A stretch of 63,986 bases of DNA, the filler included, from Octopus bimaculoides (Eukaryota), in the NCBI RefSeq assembly GCF_001194135.2. It is 8 parts of 8 records of this genome, joined end to end, with 100 filler letters (N's around TTAATTAATTAA, not from the genome) between each part and the next. Parts side by side here need not be neighbours in the genome. Positions count along the whole stretch, not along the records: positions 1 to 29,563 come from NC_068992.1; 7 more parts are not named here. One strand, written 5' to 3'. Each line of letters opens with the position of its first letter. The first letter of the stretch is position 1. Below the pieces are notes generated by a model that saw nothing but the letters and a program-made list of their open reading frames with translations, searched no databases and was not told the origin of the DNA. Positions 1-14,523 of this stretch are shown piece after piece. A program made the position numbers and the translations under genes.

Positions 1-128
1 AATTTAAGATTAATTAGCTACTTCTGAAATAAGAAATATAATATAGATAATATTTTTTTTTTCAGAACATTCCAAAAATATAATAGTGCAAATAGATGCT
101 TTGGATGACAAAAAAAATTCAAACTTAC

Positions 129-219
129 CGCCAGGTTATTCCGACATGTCAGATGGCTAACTGAGGAATTATGGGATTGCTCTGGTTCGGGCCAGAAAGT
201 GGAACGAAGTTAGCAACAA
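129..219 (-). other. Candidate 91-nt exon (all frames contain a stop: terminal coding or UTR exon)
   Basis: Donor GCG|GTAAGT at 129; acceptor tctctctttgttagtgtacag| at 219; longest frame VANFVPLSGPNQSNPIIPQLAI*. Confidence 0.4.
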
Positions 220-1175
220 CTGTACACTAACAAAGAGAGAGAGGGAGGGGGTGTCATGTGGTCTTCTCAAAGCAGACGAACGAGTCACTGAGAGAGGGGG
301 AAGGGGAGGCAGAATATATTAGAAAACACCTGAACGGAGTTTCTTTGAAACAAAAGTAACAATTTTATGTAATTTTCCGATGATATGGATAAAAAATTAC
401 AGAATATGCAACACATGCCTTGCTTGCCTGGGAGTGCACGCCCCTGATATATATATATGTATATATATATCTTCATTTCTTTTTGCACATACAGGTATAT
501 GTATGTATATATGGGGTTGAGAATGTGTGTGTGTGTGTGTGTGTGTGTAAGTGAGTGTTAAACACTTCATGTGTTACATTTATTTTGCTCTCAAATCAAC
601 TCTGTATGATAGAGTATTTTGCCAGCTATTCAGTTTGAAATACACACACACATGCACATGTATAAATGAGTAGGGGGATGCCATGTGCTTGATAGTTCCA
701 TCTTATTCCATTTACATTTTCATTTGATAATAAACAACATTGTTCAGATTTACAGAAATCCCCAGTTGGTTATAAAATACTGGCTAAGCTTTTCTTCTAC
801 CGAGCATCGTGATGATCGAGTACATTTATGGTATATTGATTGTAGACATGCATGTCTAGATATATAATTTTGTTAATTACTATATGTTGCACTGCCTATT
901 TGAATGGTTTGTATGCAAAATATACAATTACATATAAAATGAATAACCCTTGCTTTACAATTTAGCCCCATTCTGAAAATTAAACAAAGTTGCTTTTCTA
1001 CATATCCCACATTTAAAGTCCATGGAAGGGAAATATAGCTAAATTCTGACAGCACTGTAGGTGGATGGAGAGATAGATTCATGACATTACATTTCAAAAT
1101 ATAATTTGCCAAAGATTATATAATTGTACCCTGTTCTACATTGAGCTATCCCTTCAGATATGATTTAATAATTAT

Positions 1176-1178
<3 letters not shown>

Positions 1179-1220
<42 letters not shown>

Positions 1221-1243
1221 TATATATATATACATACATACAT

Positions 1244-1312
<69 letters not shown>

Positions 1313-1350
1313 CATGCATACATACATACATACATACATATATATATTTA
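1179..1350. repeat. Compound (TA)n/(CA)n/(TACA)n microsatellite, representative of dozens in the window
   Basis: Direct reading; most intra-scaffold N gaps are flanked by such (TA)n runs. Confidence 0.97.
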
Positions 1351-1456
1351 TATTTCACTGTAATTAATTAAAATATTTGTAACTTCCAAATTCTGAGAGA
1401 TTTTCAATTAATCTTTACAGAGTTTAAAGATTTGTAAAGAATATAGAATGACTCAC

Positions 1457-1528
1457 CTCTTGAGACATTCTCTCTTCTATAATCAATCTGGTAAATGAAT
1501 GTATTGAATTGGAGTGAGTCCTGTCTGC
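1457..1528 (-). other. Candidate 72-nt exon of a minus-strand spliced transcript
   Basis: Acceptor tttagatttgcag|G, donor GAG|GTGAGT; two open frames (RQDSLQFNTFIYQIDYRRENVSR or ADRTHSNSIHSFTRLIIEERMSQE). Confidence 0.45.
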
Positions 1529-4447
1529 CTGCAAATCTAAACCAATTCTAACAAGGAATTAATTAAACCTTTACAGTGGTAACACCTCTCTGTCACTGAT
1601 ATTTCTTTTTCAGTTTAGAAATAGCTTAGCAATTGGTTATCACCTGGTTGTATTATGTAGAACAATACTCAGAAAACAATTATACTTAAATTCTCAAAGA
1701 TAATTCTACATGTGACTATATAATAACATCCAATTAGTTAAATCTTAATTAATAAGTATTTTATTAATCGTTTAGCTGGTAATGTCTCCTTGGTTAGATC
1801 TAGGATTAATTTGATGGTTTTGATATTAATTCCCAATAGTTACTGGTTGAAGAGTGAGGGAAGAGAGAGTTAAATATATTGAAAGATCAAGTGAATGTTA
1901 GATAGATAGACAGATAGACAGCTTGGTATATAAAGCAAGAGAGAGATAGAGAGATTTCTAAATCATAGGTCAGAGATGATAATCAGAATTTCATGCAAAC
2001 AACTGCTGTTATTGATGGTTGAAACGTCTAATTATATTGCTTACGATAGAAGATAGAATGAACAGACATTGGAAGCATTGATACAACAAAAGTACTTTGA
2101 CAGAGAGGAAAGAGGGAGAAAGCGAAAGGAGTGACAAAGAAAGGAGAAAGAGTGAGAAAGTAGGAGAGAAAAGAGTATGTAATACAACAAGCTCAAGCGA
2201 GGGAAAGAGAGAGAGAGAGGATAGATGTCTTTTCTATTGAAAGACTAATCAAAAGAGAGGAAATATGCCAGGATTATGAAAGTAGAAAAAGAAGATTGCT
2301 CATAAAAAAAAGGGTAACAATAAAAAGTATTCTAGCGAAATGTCTTATAGTAGATTCTTTCCTAGTGACTTTCTGTCAGTGTGGAACAGATTTTGGTTTA
2401 TCGTCACCGTTATCTTCAAAAAATAAAAACCAAAAAAGGAAAATATAAAAATACAAGAAATAACAAATGTAGTAAGAAAAAAAAAAGTAATAATAATAAT
2501 AATAATCAATTATTGAACTGAAATATACTATTCAAGTATGATTAGGGTCTGTATTGGAGAAAAGAAGAACTGTAAAATCTAAAAATCAGATATAAAAAGA
2601 CATAAATGAAGAAAATGAAGAATGAAAACTTTATTCTGACTGCAATCTAATCATTTTCCTTCAGTTGATAATGTTGGAATAATAATGTCTAGAATTATGT
2701 TCAGAGTATAAATCTCTCATCATTATTATTTTATTTTATTTTATTCTTTTTAGTGCCCCTTTCAGAAACCTGCCAATTGTGAGGGTACCTTCAGAACATT
2801 GTGTTCATTTATTGATGTCTACTTGCCACAGGCAGATAGTTCCTTCTCTAATCATTTTACTTTCACATATTCTACCCTCCAACTTTAATATTAGTCTCCT
2901 ACTCTTTTTCCTTCTCTTTATCTCCTCTTTTTTCTTCAACAGTGATAGTAAATGTGAGGAGGCAATTTATATTTCTCATTTGCAGTGTTTACTTCATACT
3001 TCAAGCAGAAAGAAAAAATGTATTGCTTTTAAACCCACACACTATGGAAAAGAAATTAAGAGACTTTATTGCCACAAGAGTTGCAAGTACAAATCCAAAA
3101 TTACAGTCTTCAGTGATGGGTTGTTCCAACACTAATTTTCTTATAAATAATTATGGAGAGTAAGAAGAAAGTGACATCAACATCTCAAAGATTATGGATT
3201 CTAATATTTAAGCTTTCAAATCTGCCCAACAAATACTGAGTAAGTAAAGCACATTCAACAGTGACCCATACATTAGGGGTGTCAGTCAAATTATGAGCAG
3301 TTTGAACAAGCATAGCAGCAGAGTGAAGAAATTTAATCATTGTTCAATCACAATATCTCCGATCAGAATTTCAGATCATTTGCTGCAATAGTGATGGACG
3401 TAGCAGTGTCCAAGATGTACATGGTTGAAAATAGAACTCTTCTTTTCTGACCTAGTCAGTTTTTTCAGATTGGAGGGAGTAAATGTACTAATCTATAATT
3501 GTTCTAAAAGTCACATATGTAACAAACATGATTTGAATGTATTAACTTGCTCTGAATATTTGCCTTTAGATTGTGCAATGAAATTTCTTGTATTAATTAG
3601 AGTAGTTCAGATTTTATTTTTATAGAGACCTCCCAGTTTTGTGATTGAATAAAGCATAAAATGTTTCCATTTAGATACATCATAGCAGGATTCATTTCTT
3701 TGTAACTTCTAAGTGTATATTGAGAAGTTAATGAGATTAGATATGATTGTATGTTTTTTTGGGGAAAATGTTACAATTGACAGCAACCAGATTCATTGGA
3801 AAATTTTATGCACACATATGCATAGTTTTGTCGAACAGTTAATTCACCCCATCTAACTATCTGTAACTGTGTCAATACTTATAAATGCTAGTTTATGGGC
3901 ATTGCCAGGTAAAGCCATTAGTATAATGTATTAAAGTATAACCAAGTAACAATTTGAGACCAGAGATTTTCATTGGATTAATGGAACATAGTTATAAGGT
4001 TTGAATTTTTCAATAGATGCATACTTTCACTAATTCTGAAAGATAACTTTAGGTGCAGGCAAGGCTGCGTGATGAGAAGCTTGCTTCCCAACCACATGGT
4101 TCCAGTTCTTGTGAAACCATCTAATGCATACCAGCTAGTAATATGGATGCTGAATGTTAAATGAGAATGAAGAATTCTTTAAATGAAGGCCTCAAGACTG
4201 AAATCTAACATAATTCTTTCAGCAAATCATCAGCACTTTCAACGTGTCCTATTATATATATTACTCTTTCATATACGGGTGTGTTTTACTAATATTTCTT
4301 ACCCAATTGTTCACAATAAGGAAAGATGGTAATAAGGAAGCCAATTAAGTAAGTTTTTACCTCCAAGCAAATAATACTTCTTCGTTCTTATTCACTCGCT
4401 TTGTGTTCATGCAAACAGACGTACAAACATATACTTATACATGTGGG

Positions 4448-4481
<34 letters not shown>

Positions 4482-4924
4482 NNNNNNNNNNNNNNNNNNN
4501 NNNNNNNNNNNNNNNNNNNNNNNNNNNNNNNNNNNNNNNNNNNNNNNNNNNNNNNNNNNNNNNNNNNNNNNNNNNNNNNNNNNNNNNNNNNNNNNNNNNN
4601 NNNNNNNNNNNNNNNNNNNNNNNNNNNNNNNNNNNNNNNNNNNNNNNNNNNNNNNNNNNNNNNNNNNNNNATATATCATCTCAGTGTGTGTTTCAAATGT
4701 ACGCCCTACATGAAGAAAACTATGGTACACAATGCACTTTCTGATAGTTGTGGTGATTTAGGAAAGCTGTTAAAGCACTGGAAAAAATGTCTTGCAGTAT
4801 TTCTACCGAGTCTTTATGTCCTGAGGTTAAATCCAGCTGAGGTCATCGTTGTCTTCTGTCCTTTCAAGGGCTGATATAATAAAGTACTAGTAAATTTCAG
4901 GGCTTGTGTCTATAGCAGACAGGA

Positions 4925-5620
4925 TTATTATTATTATTAACGACAGTATTCAATGTTGTGATGTTGTAGGTTGAAGATATTGTGTGTACTGGGGGTTTGT
5001 ACTATCTGTCAAGTCACAAGGATCTCAGACAGACAGTACTTTATGCTGTATGCATGCAGTTCCAAGCAAAGCCAATTTTTGCAATCCACCAAGATTGTAG
5101 AGTATTTTTTAAATGTCCAGATGTTTCTTCAGGTTGAGTGGTATTGAACCCAATGCTCTTATGACAAAAGGGACAACCTCTATGTCTGACTCTCACAGCT
5201 GTCACATCTTGGTGATCTCAGTCCTCAGGTCTCCATACTTGTCAACCTTTTCTCTTTCTTTCATGATAACATATTGATCTCCTGGCACTGCCACATTGAT
5301 TATTAGGCACTCTTGTTTGTCTCACATAAAGGTTACTATCTCCGGCCTTCGGTGCTCTAACACTTTGTCTGTCTGAAAGTCAAAGTCCCAGAGGATCCTT
5401 GCCTTTTCATTTTCCTCCATTAACTTTTCTAGTGCATGTTATAACAAAGCAACCATGTTCTTGTATCCATACCTTCGGCATAGTAGCCAGTGAAAATTTT
5501 GGCCTGCCTTGTTGTGTCTGTGCTTGTTGTCTTTCTGCATAAGGCTTTCACAAGCACATTGATTTACCTCAGGCTTCTAATGCTACTAAGAGTCCTGATG
5601 TATAGCATATGTGTATTGAT
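4925..5620 (-). mobile_element. RLE-type (R4/Dong-like) non-LTR fragment with (TAA)n tail
   Basis: ILWDFDFQTDKVLEHRRPDIV, NVAVPGDQYVIMKEKEKVDKYGDLRTEI, VVPFVIRALGSIP; (ATT)n at about 4925-4938. Confidence 0.85.
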
Positions 5621-5824
5621 GTTATTCAATGAAAATTAGTTCTCTATCCACCAAGAGAATAGCACCACCATATATTCTGAACAAGTCTGGTATGAAGCGT
5701 TCAGTTATTTATGCAGATGACACCTCTGTGGGAAAAGAGTACCATGTTGTCAAAGGAACATCAGCAGTGTAGAAAAGTATGAGGATAGAAGTTATGTTAA
5801 AAGTTACAAATGTACACATGTTAT

Positions 5825-6206
5825 GTGGAGGCGCAAAGACCCAGTGGTTCGGGCAGTAGACTCGCGGTCATTGGATCGCAGTTTCGATTCCCAGACCGGG
5901 CGTTGTGAATGTTTATTGAGCAAAAACACCTAAAGCTCCACGAGGCTCTGGCAGGGGATGGTGGCGAACCCTGCTGTACTCTTCCACCACGACTTTCTCT
6001 CACTCTTACTTCCTGTTTCTGTTGTGCCTGTAATTCAAAGGGTCAGCCTTGTCACATTGTGTCATGCTGAATCTCTTTGAGAACTACTTTAAGGGTACAC
6101 ATGTCTATGGAGTGCTCAGCCACTTGCACGTTAATTTCCTGAGCAGGCTGTTCCGTTGATTGGATCAAGTGGGACCCTCGACGTCGTAAGCGACGGAGTG
6201 CCCACA
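5825..6206 (+). mobile_element. Full-length tRNA-derived SINE, family A
   Basis: A/B-box-like head GGAGGCGCA...CAGTGG...GTTTCGATTCC; AAC-type tail; 11-bp TSD ACACATGTTAT (5814-5824, 6207-6217). Confidence 0.93.
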
Positions 6207-6796
6207 ACACATGTTATATAACATAGAAGAGTAAGTCTCCAGCTACATTAGCTCTTTTGGAACCGTACAAGTGGACCAGTGCAGTATTTCATGGTAGCAA
6301 TAGGATCATAGAGGTTGTCCTCCAGAAAATAGAACAGTCCATTTCCTAGAGTGAAAATGTTTGATAAAGATCATTACCTTTATATAGTAAACTGGAGCTC
6401 ACTGTGTGATGTTAATGGAAAGAAGGCCATCAGAGTCAAGGAGAGGGGTGAATGATCAAAGCAATAACATGTACAATGATAATACAAGTATTAGAGTTGA
6501 GAAGTAGAGTTTGTGAGAAGTTCTGAAGAGTGTAAGCAATGTTTAGTTTGAAAATATGTTGCAGTAAATGTGTGCATTCGTATTTCTTTGTATGTGATTA
6601 AATAAATTATGTATATAAATTGCTATAAGTGCATAAATATATCAGTATATAAATATATACATGTATGTGCATATGTCAATATATATTTGTGTGTACTTAT
6701 ATATATATGTGTGTGCGTGCGGATGTATGAGTACATAGATATTTTCGTTTATATGTGTATGTATAAATACATGTATATATATCCATATGCAAATAT

Positions 6797-6837
<41 letters not shown>

Positions 6838-9623
6838 NNNNNNNNNNNNNNNNNNNNNNNNNNNNNNNNNNNNNNNNNNNNNNNNNNNNNNNNNNNNNNN
6901 NNNNNNNNNNNNNNNNNNNNNNNNNNNNNNNNNNNNNNNNNNNNNNNNNNNNNNNNNNNNNNNNNNNNNNGTTTGAAAATATGTTGCAGTAAATGTGTGC
7001 ATTCGTATTTCTTTGTATGTGATTAAATAAATTATGTATATAAATTGCTATAAGTGCATAAATATATCAGTATATAAATATATACATGTATGTGTATGTA
7101 TGTATGTATGCATATACTACACACACATTTATGTGTGTGTAGATAAATAGACTGATATCGATAGATAAATAGAAGGTATCAGCATGTGTGTCTTAATGTA
7201 CACTTATATCCTCAAATGTTTCTCAGGCTTTGATGTGTATATGTGCTAATGTGTGGCTGTGTTTGTTTTTGCATATGTTACACATGAATATATATCAGTT
7301 GGTACACGCATGTAAACACGAGCTAGTGGGTATCTGTGTGTTTGCATGTATGTGTGTGTGTGTGTGTGTGTGGGACGTGGTGAGTGAATGTGTAGGTGTT
7401 CTGTTGTATGATGTAAAAAATAATTACAATAAATGGATTATTATCACATGATTGAAATTAGCAGAAACACTGCATGAAAAACAACAAAGATGTTACATGT
7501 TGCATGTGTATAGGAGATTGTAATACGTTCAATAAAAATATATTTTGAAAATTATATATCTTTTTTCTCCTCACTGCTTGAAATCGATATATTTTGAGAA
7601 TTATTACTATAAATATATATCTCTTTTATATTTTATATGCATGTGACTGTATGTGCATCAATGCATACATATATGCATGCACACACTTCATATACCTGCA
7701 TTTATAATACACACATTTACAGACATACATTCATATATATNNNNNNNNNNAATTTTTTAATGCATATATATATGTGCGTATGTATGCGTTTATATATACA
7801 TTGGCATGTGCGTTTTTGTGCATGCAAGTACAAAGGAAGAGTACTTAATACCTAATGCAGAGTTCATGATAACAATGATTAAAAACTGAGATTTTACAGC
7901 TTCACTACTCTGAGTTTTGTGCTTCCGCTTTTTGCCATGACTGACATTTTATGATATCGCACACAGCATTTATAGGAAATACAAATCTGATCAAAACGTG
8001 ACTCATAAATTACTAAGATTTTTAACATTTAAAAGATCGTCAATTTCTACATTTAAAACTCGACCACTGACGAGGGAGATTATTATGAAAGTTGAAATAC
8101 TGTAAGGCAACGACACAGGTAGGAGAAAAAAGAAGCACACATAAGAAATACAAAATAGAATGAAGGAGAAAAGGTGAAAGAGTAAAGGAAAAAAGGAGAA
8201 AAGAAAAGGGGAAGAAAGAAAAGGAAAGAGAAAATGCAAAAGACTAGTCTCTGAATTGTCTTTATACTAAAGCATATTCATGTGTTAAAACACAGTTATG
8301 TTGTAGTGGAGCAAGTATAGTATATAGCTGTGTGTTTGAGGGACTGGCATTTTAAACATTTTATTGTTTTTGATACCACTGCAAGAAAGATTTGGCAGCT
8401 GATGCAAATCATGCCAGTCATGTGCTGATCAACCACTTTTGAATGAATGAATATATATGCATATATATTTCCACCAAAGACTTGTGAGAAAATTTGGTAG
8501 ACAGAAACTGAAGAAAGCTCATTGCCCAAGTGTGGGACAGTATATGTTTTTGTCTCCTCGTCTTGTCATCATGTGATACTTGTGAATGGGTGTCAGTGTA
8601 GCAAATGGAATGTCACTTATTGCCAATATTCTGCACAGACCCCAGTACTCAACATGTTATTCTTGCAACATTTTTGCTTATACTTCTCTTCTGTAATGGT
8701 TGACAATAACAGCAATTATGTTTAAATGTCATCTAAGACTGAATGCAGTATCGTAAAAAATGTAACACAACCCCACCAACCCTAAAGACCATAATTTTAT
8801 CTGCTATTTTTTGTTTTGTTTTTTGCACAGTTCTTAGCTTGCTCTTCAGTTTGGGTTAAATTGTTGGAGATTTCTATCAAGATCTCTGGCACTAAAGTCT
8901 ACCAAATCACTTTGGTGAAACTCCAGGAAAATATTTTATGTATCATTCTAATCTCTGGAATATGAGTTTATATATATAGGTAATAATAATCATCGGTTAT
9001 TTCATTAACCATAAAAACAGCCCCAAATGATCTTCAAAAATACCATCTCCACCCTCACATGCCTGGACTAACATTGGATAATATCACAGACTATGTTGCT
9101 ATGGGAACACATGAGGTAAAATATTAGTTTGGTTTCTTGTTTGCATAGAAGGTAACTCCCTATTAATGGACATATTGCTGCTGTCTTTGATCTACAAATG
9201 TAGCATAGATACGAGATGGTTTATATAGTTCGTACAGAAGTGGGAATGTGATGTAGATGATGAAAATGCAGTGGATTAGGAGTGAACGGATTGGGATAGA
9301 GGTTGGTAAAGAGGGGGGTCGTAGTGGAGGCAGTAGATGTGATGATGTAGATGGAGATGTAAAATAGACAAGTATATTTCAAGTATCAATTTGTTCTTCG
9401 TAGCTTTAGAGAACATTCTTCATTATATGAATGTTGTGCATATATTTTGGTTTGTGTATTTATCTGTGTATGTTTACATGTGTGTTTTTGAACAGAGAAA
9501 GACAGACAGAGAGAGAAAGAGAGAGAGAGAGGAGGGGAGTATATGTTATTGGTAATGATGAATGATTTTTCCATTGCTTTGAATTTTGCAACAGAAAAGT
9601 ATTCATCAGGTGTTATATCAATG

Positions 9624-9672
<49 letters not shown>

Positions 9673-9833
9673 TACTTAAGAGACCTTCGAAGAAATTTAA
9701 TGGCTACATACTAACATTCAATTCAGCAGTAGACTTCTCTCTATATACTGAAACATTACAACTCTAGATGTAAAAACTTATCCTACAAATTATATGATGA
9801 TTGTTTTGAAAAAAAAAATTATTGAAAACGTAC

Positions 9834-9920
9834 AATTTGGCCAAAAAACTGGGTCTTTGGCTTCATTTGATCCATATTACAAGTAATTTGAAGAAATTGC
9901 AAGTTAAAGTTGGAAAACAT
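9834..9920 (-). other. Candidate 87-nt exon
   Basis: Acceptor tttttctcctgttcag|, donor ATT|GTACGT; frame 0 open (MFSNFNLQFLQITCNMDQMKPKTQFFGQI). Confidence 0.3.
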
Positions 9921-10471
9921 CTGAACAGGAGAAAAATAAAGACATCGAAAACAAATTAAATGAGAATGAGATAACCAGGATTCGAAACTGTATAGCAAGC
10001 ATTGTGTTTAATGATTCAACTAGCTTAAAACACTTAATTCTTCTAGTGTTTGGGTCTAGAATAACTGAGATGTAATTTTCATCTAAATTAATCAAATTCT
10101 ATGAACCTCTACTAATTAAAATCTAAACATATGACATGGTTTGTGATTTCAACAATATTTCCAAAGTTTTTCAGACTCACACTGCAGAGATATTAACCTC
10201 AGTCACAGCAGCTCACATTGCAGTCACTCACATTCATGGAAAATAACGTGCTTGCCGATATCAATTTAGTGATTGATGTACGTACAGTAATTCAGTAGGG
10301 AACAACATGGTTTAGAGATAAAAGACAGACGAATGGTAAATTAATTACTGATGAACAGCTCAAAGAAGTCTCACATATATTTAGTTTCATGCCTCTTTCC
10401 TGTCTTATCTTCCTAAATTAATGATATAACTTAATATTTATACTGCACAGTGGCATATCTAGAGCTACAAA

Positions 10472-10533
<62 letters not shown>

Positions 10534-10935
10534 GTAGGTATGTATGCATGTATCTATGTATATATNNNNNNNNNNNNNNNNNNNNNNNNNNNNNNNNNNN
10601 NNNNNNNNNNNNNNNNNNNNNNNNNNNNNNNNNNNNNNNNNNNNNNNNNNNNNNNNNNNNNNNNNNNNNNNNNNNNNNNNNNNNNNNNNNNNNNNNNNNN
10701 NNNNNNNNNNNNNNNNNNNNNNNNNNNNNNNNNNNNNNNNNNNNNNNNNNNNNNNNNNNNNNNNNNNNNNNNNNNNNNNNNNNNNNNNNNNNNNNNNNNN
10801 NNNNNNNNNNNNNNNNNNNNNNNNNNNNNNNNNNNNNNNNNNNNNNNNNNNNNNNNNNNNNNNNNNNNNNNNNNNNNNNNNNNNNNNNNNNNNNNNNNNN
10901 NNNNNNNNNNNNNNNNNNNNNNNNNNNNNNNNNNN

Positions 10936-10990
<55 letters not shown>

Positions 10991-11334
10991 GTATTTGGAT
11001 GTGTGTGTGTGTGTGTATATAATGTTGGTATATGTTTTACACTTTCATAATTACATAATGCTGGAATTGGCAGATGCTTTATACTAACATAATGTGTTCG
11101 TTTATATGTAGAATATTAGTTTCTGTGTATATGTATATATATATTTATTATCATCATCAGCTTGTCCTCATTTCAGATATCTTTTCTTCTTTCTGTCTTG
11201 CTTGTTATGTCAGTATTTCTGGTGACAGTGAAATTTGGTCCTTGTTTAATACACGTGACCACATAAGGTGTACTTGACTGACAGAGGTTGGCATGTATGG
11301 AGTTGATGGATTTTGTTTTTTGCCATATTTTCTC

Positions 11335-11545
11335 TTTGTTTCTAAGACACTATTTTTTCATAGATTTCTGTAACAGTTGAGATGGCTTGGTGCCAAACTT
11401 TTCAGTATAGTGTTTCCTTTTTCTCAGGTTGCCACATTGATGTGGAAAGTCTTCATAGTTTCACTTAATCTTTGTATGACTGTAATGGATATTTTTAGTG
11501 AAATTTTCTTGAGGTTGTATCACCATAAAAGATTAGATAGTCAAA
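11335..11545 (-). mobile_element. Highly degenerate RTE LINE 3' fragment
   Basis: LIFYGD...YKD*VK...FHINVATW-like remnants of the RTE C-terminus. Confidence 0.45.
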
Positions 11546-11562
11546 TGTGGTGTTACACATAT

Positions 11563-11723
11563 AGGCATAGGAGTGACTGTGTGGTAAGTAGCTTGCTTAC
11601 CAACCACATGGTTCCAGTTTCAGTCCCACTGCATGGCACCTTGGGCAAGTGTCATCTACTATAGCCTCGGGCCGACCAAAGTCTTGTGAGTGAATTTGGT
11701 AGACGGAAACTGAAAGAAGTCTG

Positions 11724-11795
<72 letters not shown>

Positions 11796-12010
11796 ATGTT
11801 TGTGTGTTTGTGTTTGTCCTCCCAACATCGCTCGACAACCGATGCTGGTGTACTTACGTCCCCGTAACTTAGCGGTTCGATAAAAGAGACCGATAAAATA
11901 AATACTAGGCTTACAAAGAATAAATCCTGGGGTCGATTTGCTTGACTAAAGGTGGTGCACCAGCATGGCCGCAGTCAAATGACTGAAACAAATAAAAGAT
12001 TAAAAGAGTA
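11563..12010 (+). mobile_element. Composite SINE family C (tRNA-like head, CORE-like segment, internal TA/TG microsatellite, conserved tail)
   Basis: Head shared with 58837-59003 and about 4050-4110; ccttgggcaagtgtc CORE-like motif; tail shared with 40385-40600 and 50752-50900. Confidence 0.88.
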
Positions 12011-12189
12011 ATGTAAATGAAATGTCTATTTGAGCCAGTAGTTGATAAAGGAGACTGAGTATTAGTCTTGCTATACTGGTAAATGTATTTGTCATTGAAA
12101 GGAACCACGCGAGGTGGGGTGGTCATTATATTTTAGGACAAAATATGACAAAAGTACAAAATGTGCATGTGTATGTTTATTTGTACGTG

Positions 12190-12575
12190 TGGTGAAAGCA
12201 CATGGTTTAGTGGTTAGAGTATTTGGCTCATAACTGTAAGTTCATGAGTTTCATTCGCAGTGATGTATATTCTTGAGCAAGTCACTTTATTTCAGTGCCT
12301 CCTGACTGGCTGGTGGCATGTAAAAGGCACTATTCAAATGTGATCGATGCCAGGGCTGCCTGACTGACTCCTGTGCTGGTGGCATGTAAAAAGCACCCAC
12401 TAGACTCTCGGAGTGGTTGGCATTTGGAAGGGCATCCAGCTATAGAAACATTGCCAGATCAGATTGGAGCCTGTTGCAGTCTCATGACTTGCCAGTTCTC
12501 AGTCAAATCGTCCAACCCATGCCAACATGGAAAATAGACGTTAAACGATGATGATGATGACGATTACGATGATGA
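12190..12575 (+). mobile_element. SINE-like chimera: tRNA-like head, CORE-like segment and RTE-type (GAT)n tail
   Basis: Head tggtttagtggttagagtattt; cttgagcaagtcactttatttca; tail aaaagcacccact...gacgttaaacgatgatgat matches 47390-47569. Confidence 0.75.
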
Positions 12576-13190
12576 TGCTCCACTCCATTCACCTGTCAAA
12601 GGTGAGTAATACTTGAATTTCAAAGGGCCAGCATTGTCACATTCTGTGTCGATGCTGAATGACACAGAATGTCTCATCCCTGAGAACTATATTAAGGGTA
12701 CACATGCCTGGTGATCTTCATTGCTGCTATGAAGAGTCTTTCCATGAGATGCCTAGAGAGGTTGAAGTTACTGCTATTCTTCAAATCCTTCAGCTCTCTC
12801 CAGGCTAGACATCTGTACAACTCAATGTTCTTCGCTGAGCTGCCCCATCAACAGCCTGAATAATTTCAAGACAAAATTTCAGTAATGTATCGTGCATGTG
12901 TGTGCGTGCGTATGTGCCTGAATATTGAGAGAAAGAGAGAGAAAGAGAAAAAGATGATGAAGAAGAAGAACAACAACAACAAGAACAAGAAAAGACATTG
13001 AAAATGTGAGAGTGTATGTCGATGTGTGACACATACAAAGAGTAAAATGGAAAGACAAAATGAATATAAGCGATATGAAATCAAATACATAAACCAGTGG
13101 TCAAAGAGATTTATGTAGTGCGATAAAGACCATAAAAAAGAGAGACAGATACAGTAATACAAATAGAGAAAGAGAGAGAAAGTGACATCC

Positions 13191-13232
<42 letters not shown>

Positions 13233-13762
13233 AAGATCATCTATTATCCATTGACGGTGACTGTTTCTAAGAGATAATCTATATATTCAGAGCCAGAACA
13301 GACACTGGTCCAATCTGTAAAATAATCTGGCCATTGTTTCGTTCAGCCAAGAGTGGCAGCCATTTACACAGTAAGTGTTTTACTGTCTTCTTTTAACACT
13401 ATATGGCCACATATTCTCTCAGAAAGAATCTTCAATTAACTAAATATGGTGGAAGAACTTGTATGAAACATGAATAAATATCACCAATAATGGTCCCTGT
13501 TAATCGATAATTGAACTTATATAGCATTTGTGTAATCAATTTATTGATAAAAAATAGGGTGATTAAGTGGTGTTGCCTGTAGCAATCACATGGCATTGAT
13601 TTCCTCCAAAATGAAAAGATTTACGAGACTAAAAGAGTCTTAGCATTGAATAGGGACGCTAAAGAGTTTGTTTGCTTACACTGGAGATTTGAATTCTTCA
13701 TTTCCACCATTACCGTTACAAGATTACACGAGGAAGAGAAGAAGGAGAAAGAGGATAAAAAC

Positions 13763-13799
<37 letters not shown>

Positions 13800-14123
13800 C
13801 TAAGAATGGTAAAGATATATAAGAAAGGTATTAAAAATGTATATGGAGCGTAAATATATATAAAAAAAAAACAGAAGCAGTTAAAAAAAATAATAGTGTT
13901 AGGTAAGTAAAAACAAATATTTGTGCATGGAGGAGAGAGAGAGGTGAATATAGACAGTGGGGGGTGAGGAGAGCAGTTTAAGTTGTTCAACTAATTCTGT
14001 AGTAAGTATATATACACACGCACACACTCACATGTATACTAATATAAATATATATACATACCTACATGCACACACACACACATACACACATATGTATACA
14101 TACATATATATACACACACATTC

Positions 14124-14176
<53 letters not shown>

Positions 14177-14229
14177 NNNNNNNNNNNNNNNNNNNNNNNN
14201 NNNNNNNNNNNNNNNNNNNNNNNNNNNNN

Positions 14230-14261
<32 letters not shown>

Positions 14262-14442
14262 CTTATAAATAACCATATATATTACATAAAAACTAATATA
14301 TAAATATAAAACATATATACACATATGTATAACATATACATGACATATACCTACCTCTCTCTATATATATATATGTATAGAGAGAGAGAGAGAGAGACGA
14401 GAAGAGAAGAGAGAGAGAGAGAGAGAAGAGAGAGAGAGATAT

Positions 14443-14523
<81 letters not shown>

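Noticed and set aside
2943-3159. Plus-strand exon candidates (also 7976-8101, about 13290-13370, about 26460-26560)
   Set aside because: Splice sites and open frames are within chance expectation for AT-rich DNA; 2943-4020 may instead be an eroded L1/Tx1-like relic; no recognisable protein
4175-4210. Degenerate hammerhead-like remnant in a PLE-end-like sequence
   Set aside because: Core too eroded to call, although its context resembles the four reported copies
5825-5905. tRNA-like heads as tRNA genes (also 33227, 39860-39920, 54210-54240)
   Set aside because: A/B-box-like motifs without a complete cloverleaf; the first two are embedded in SINE bodies with TSDs
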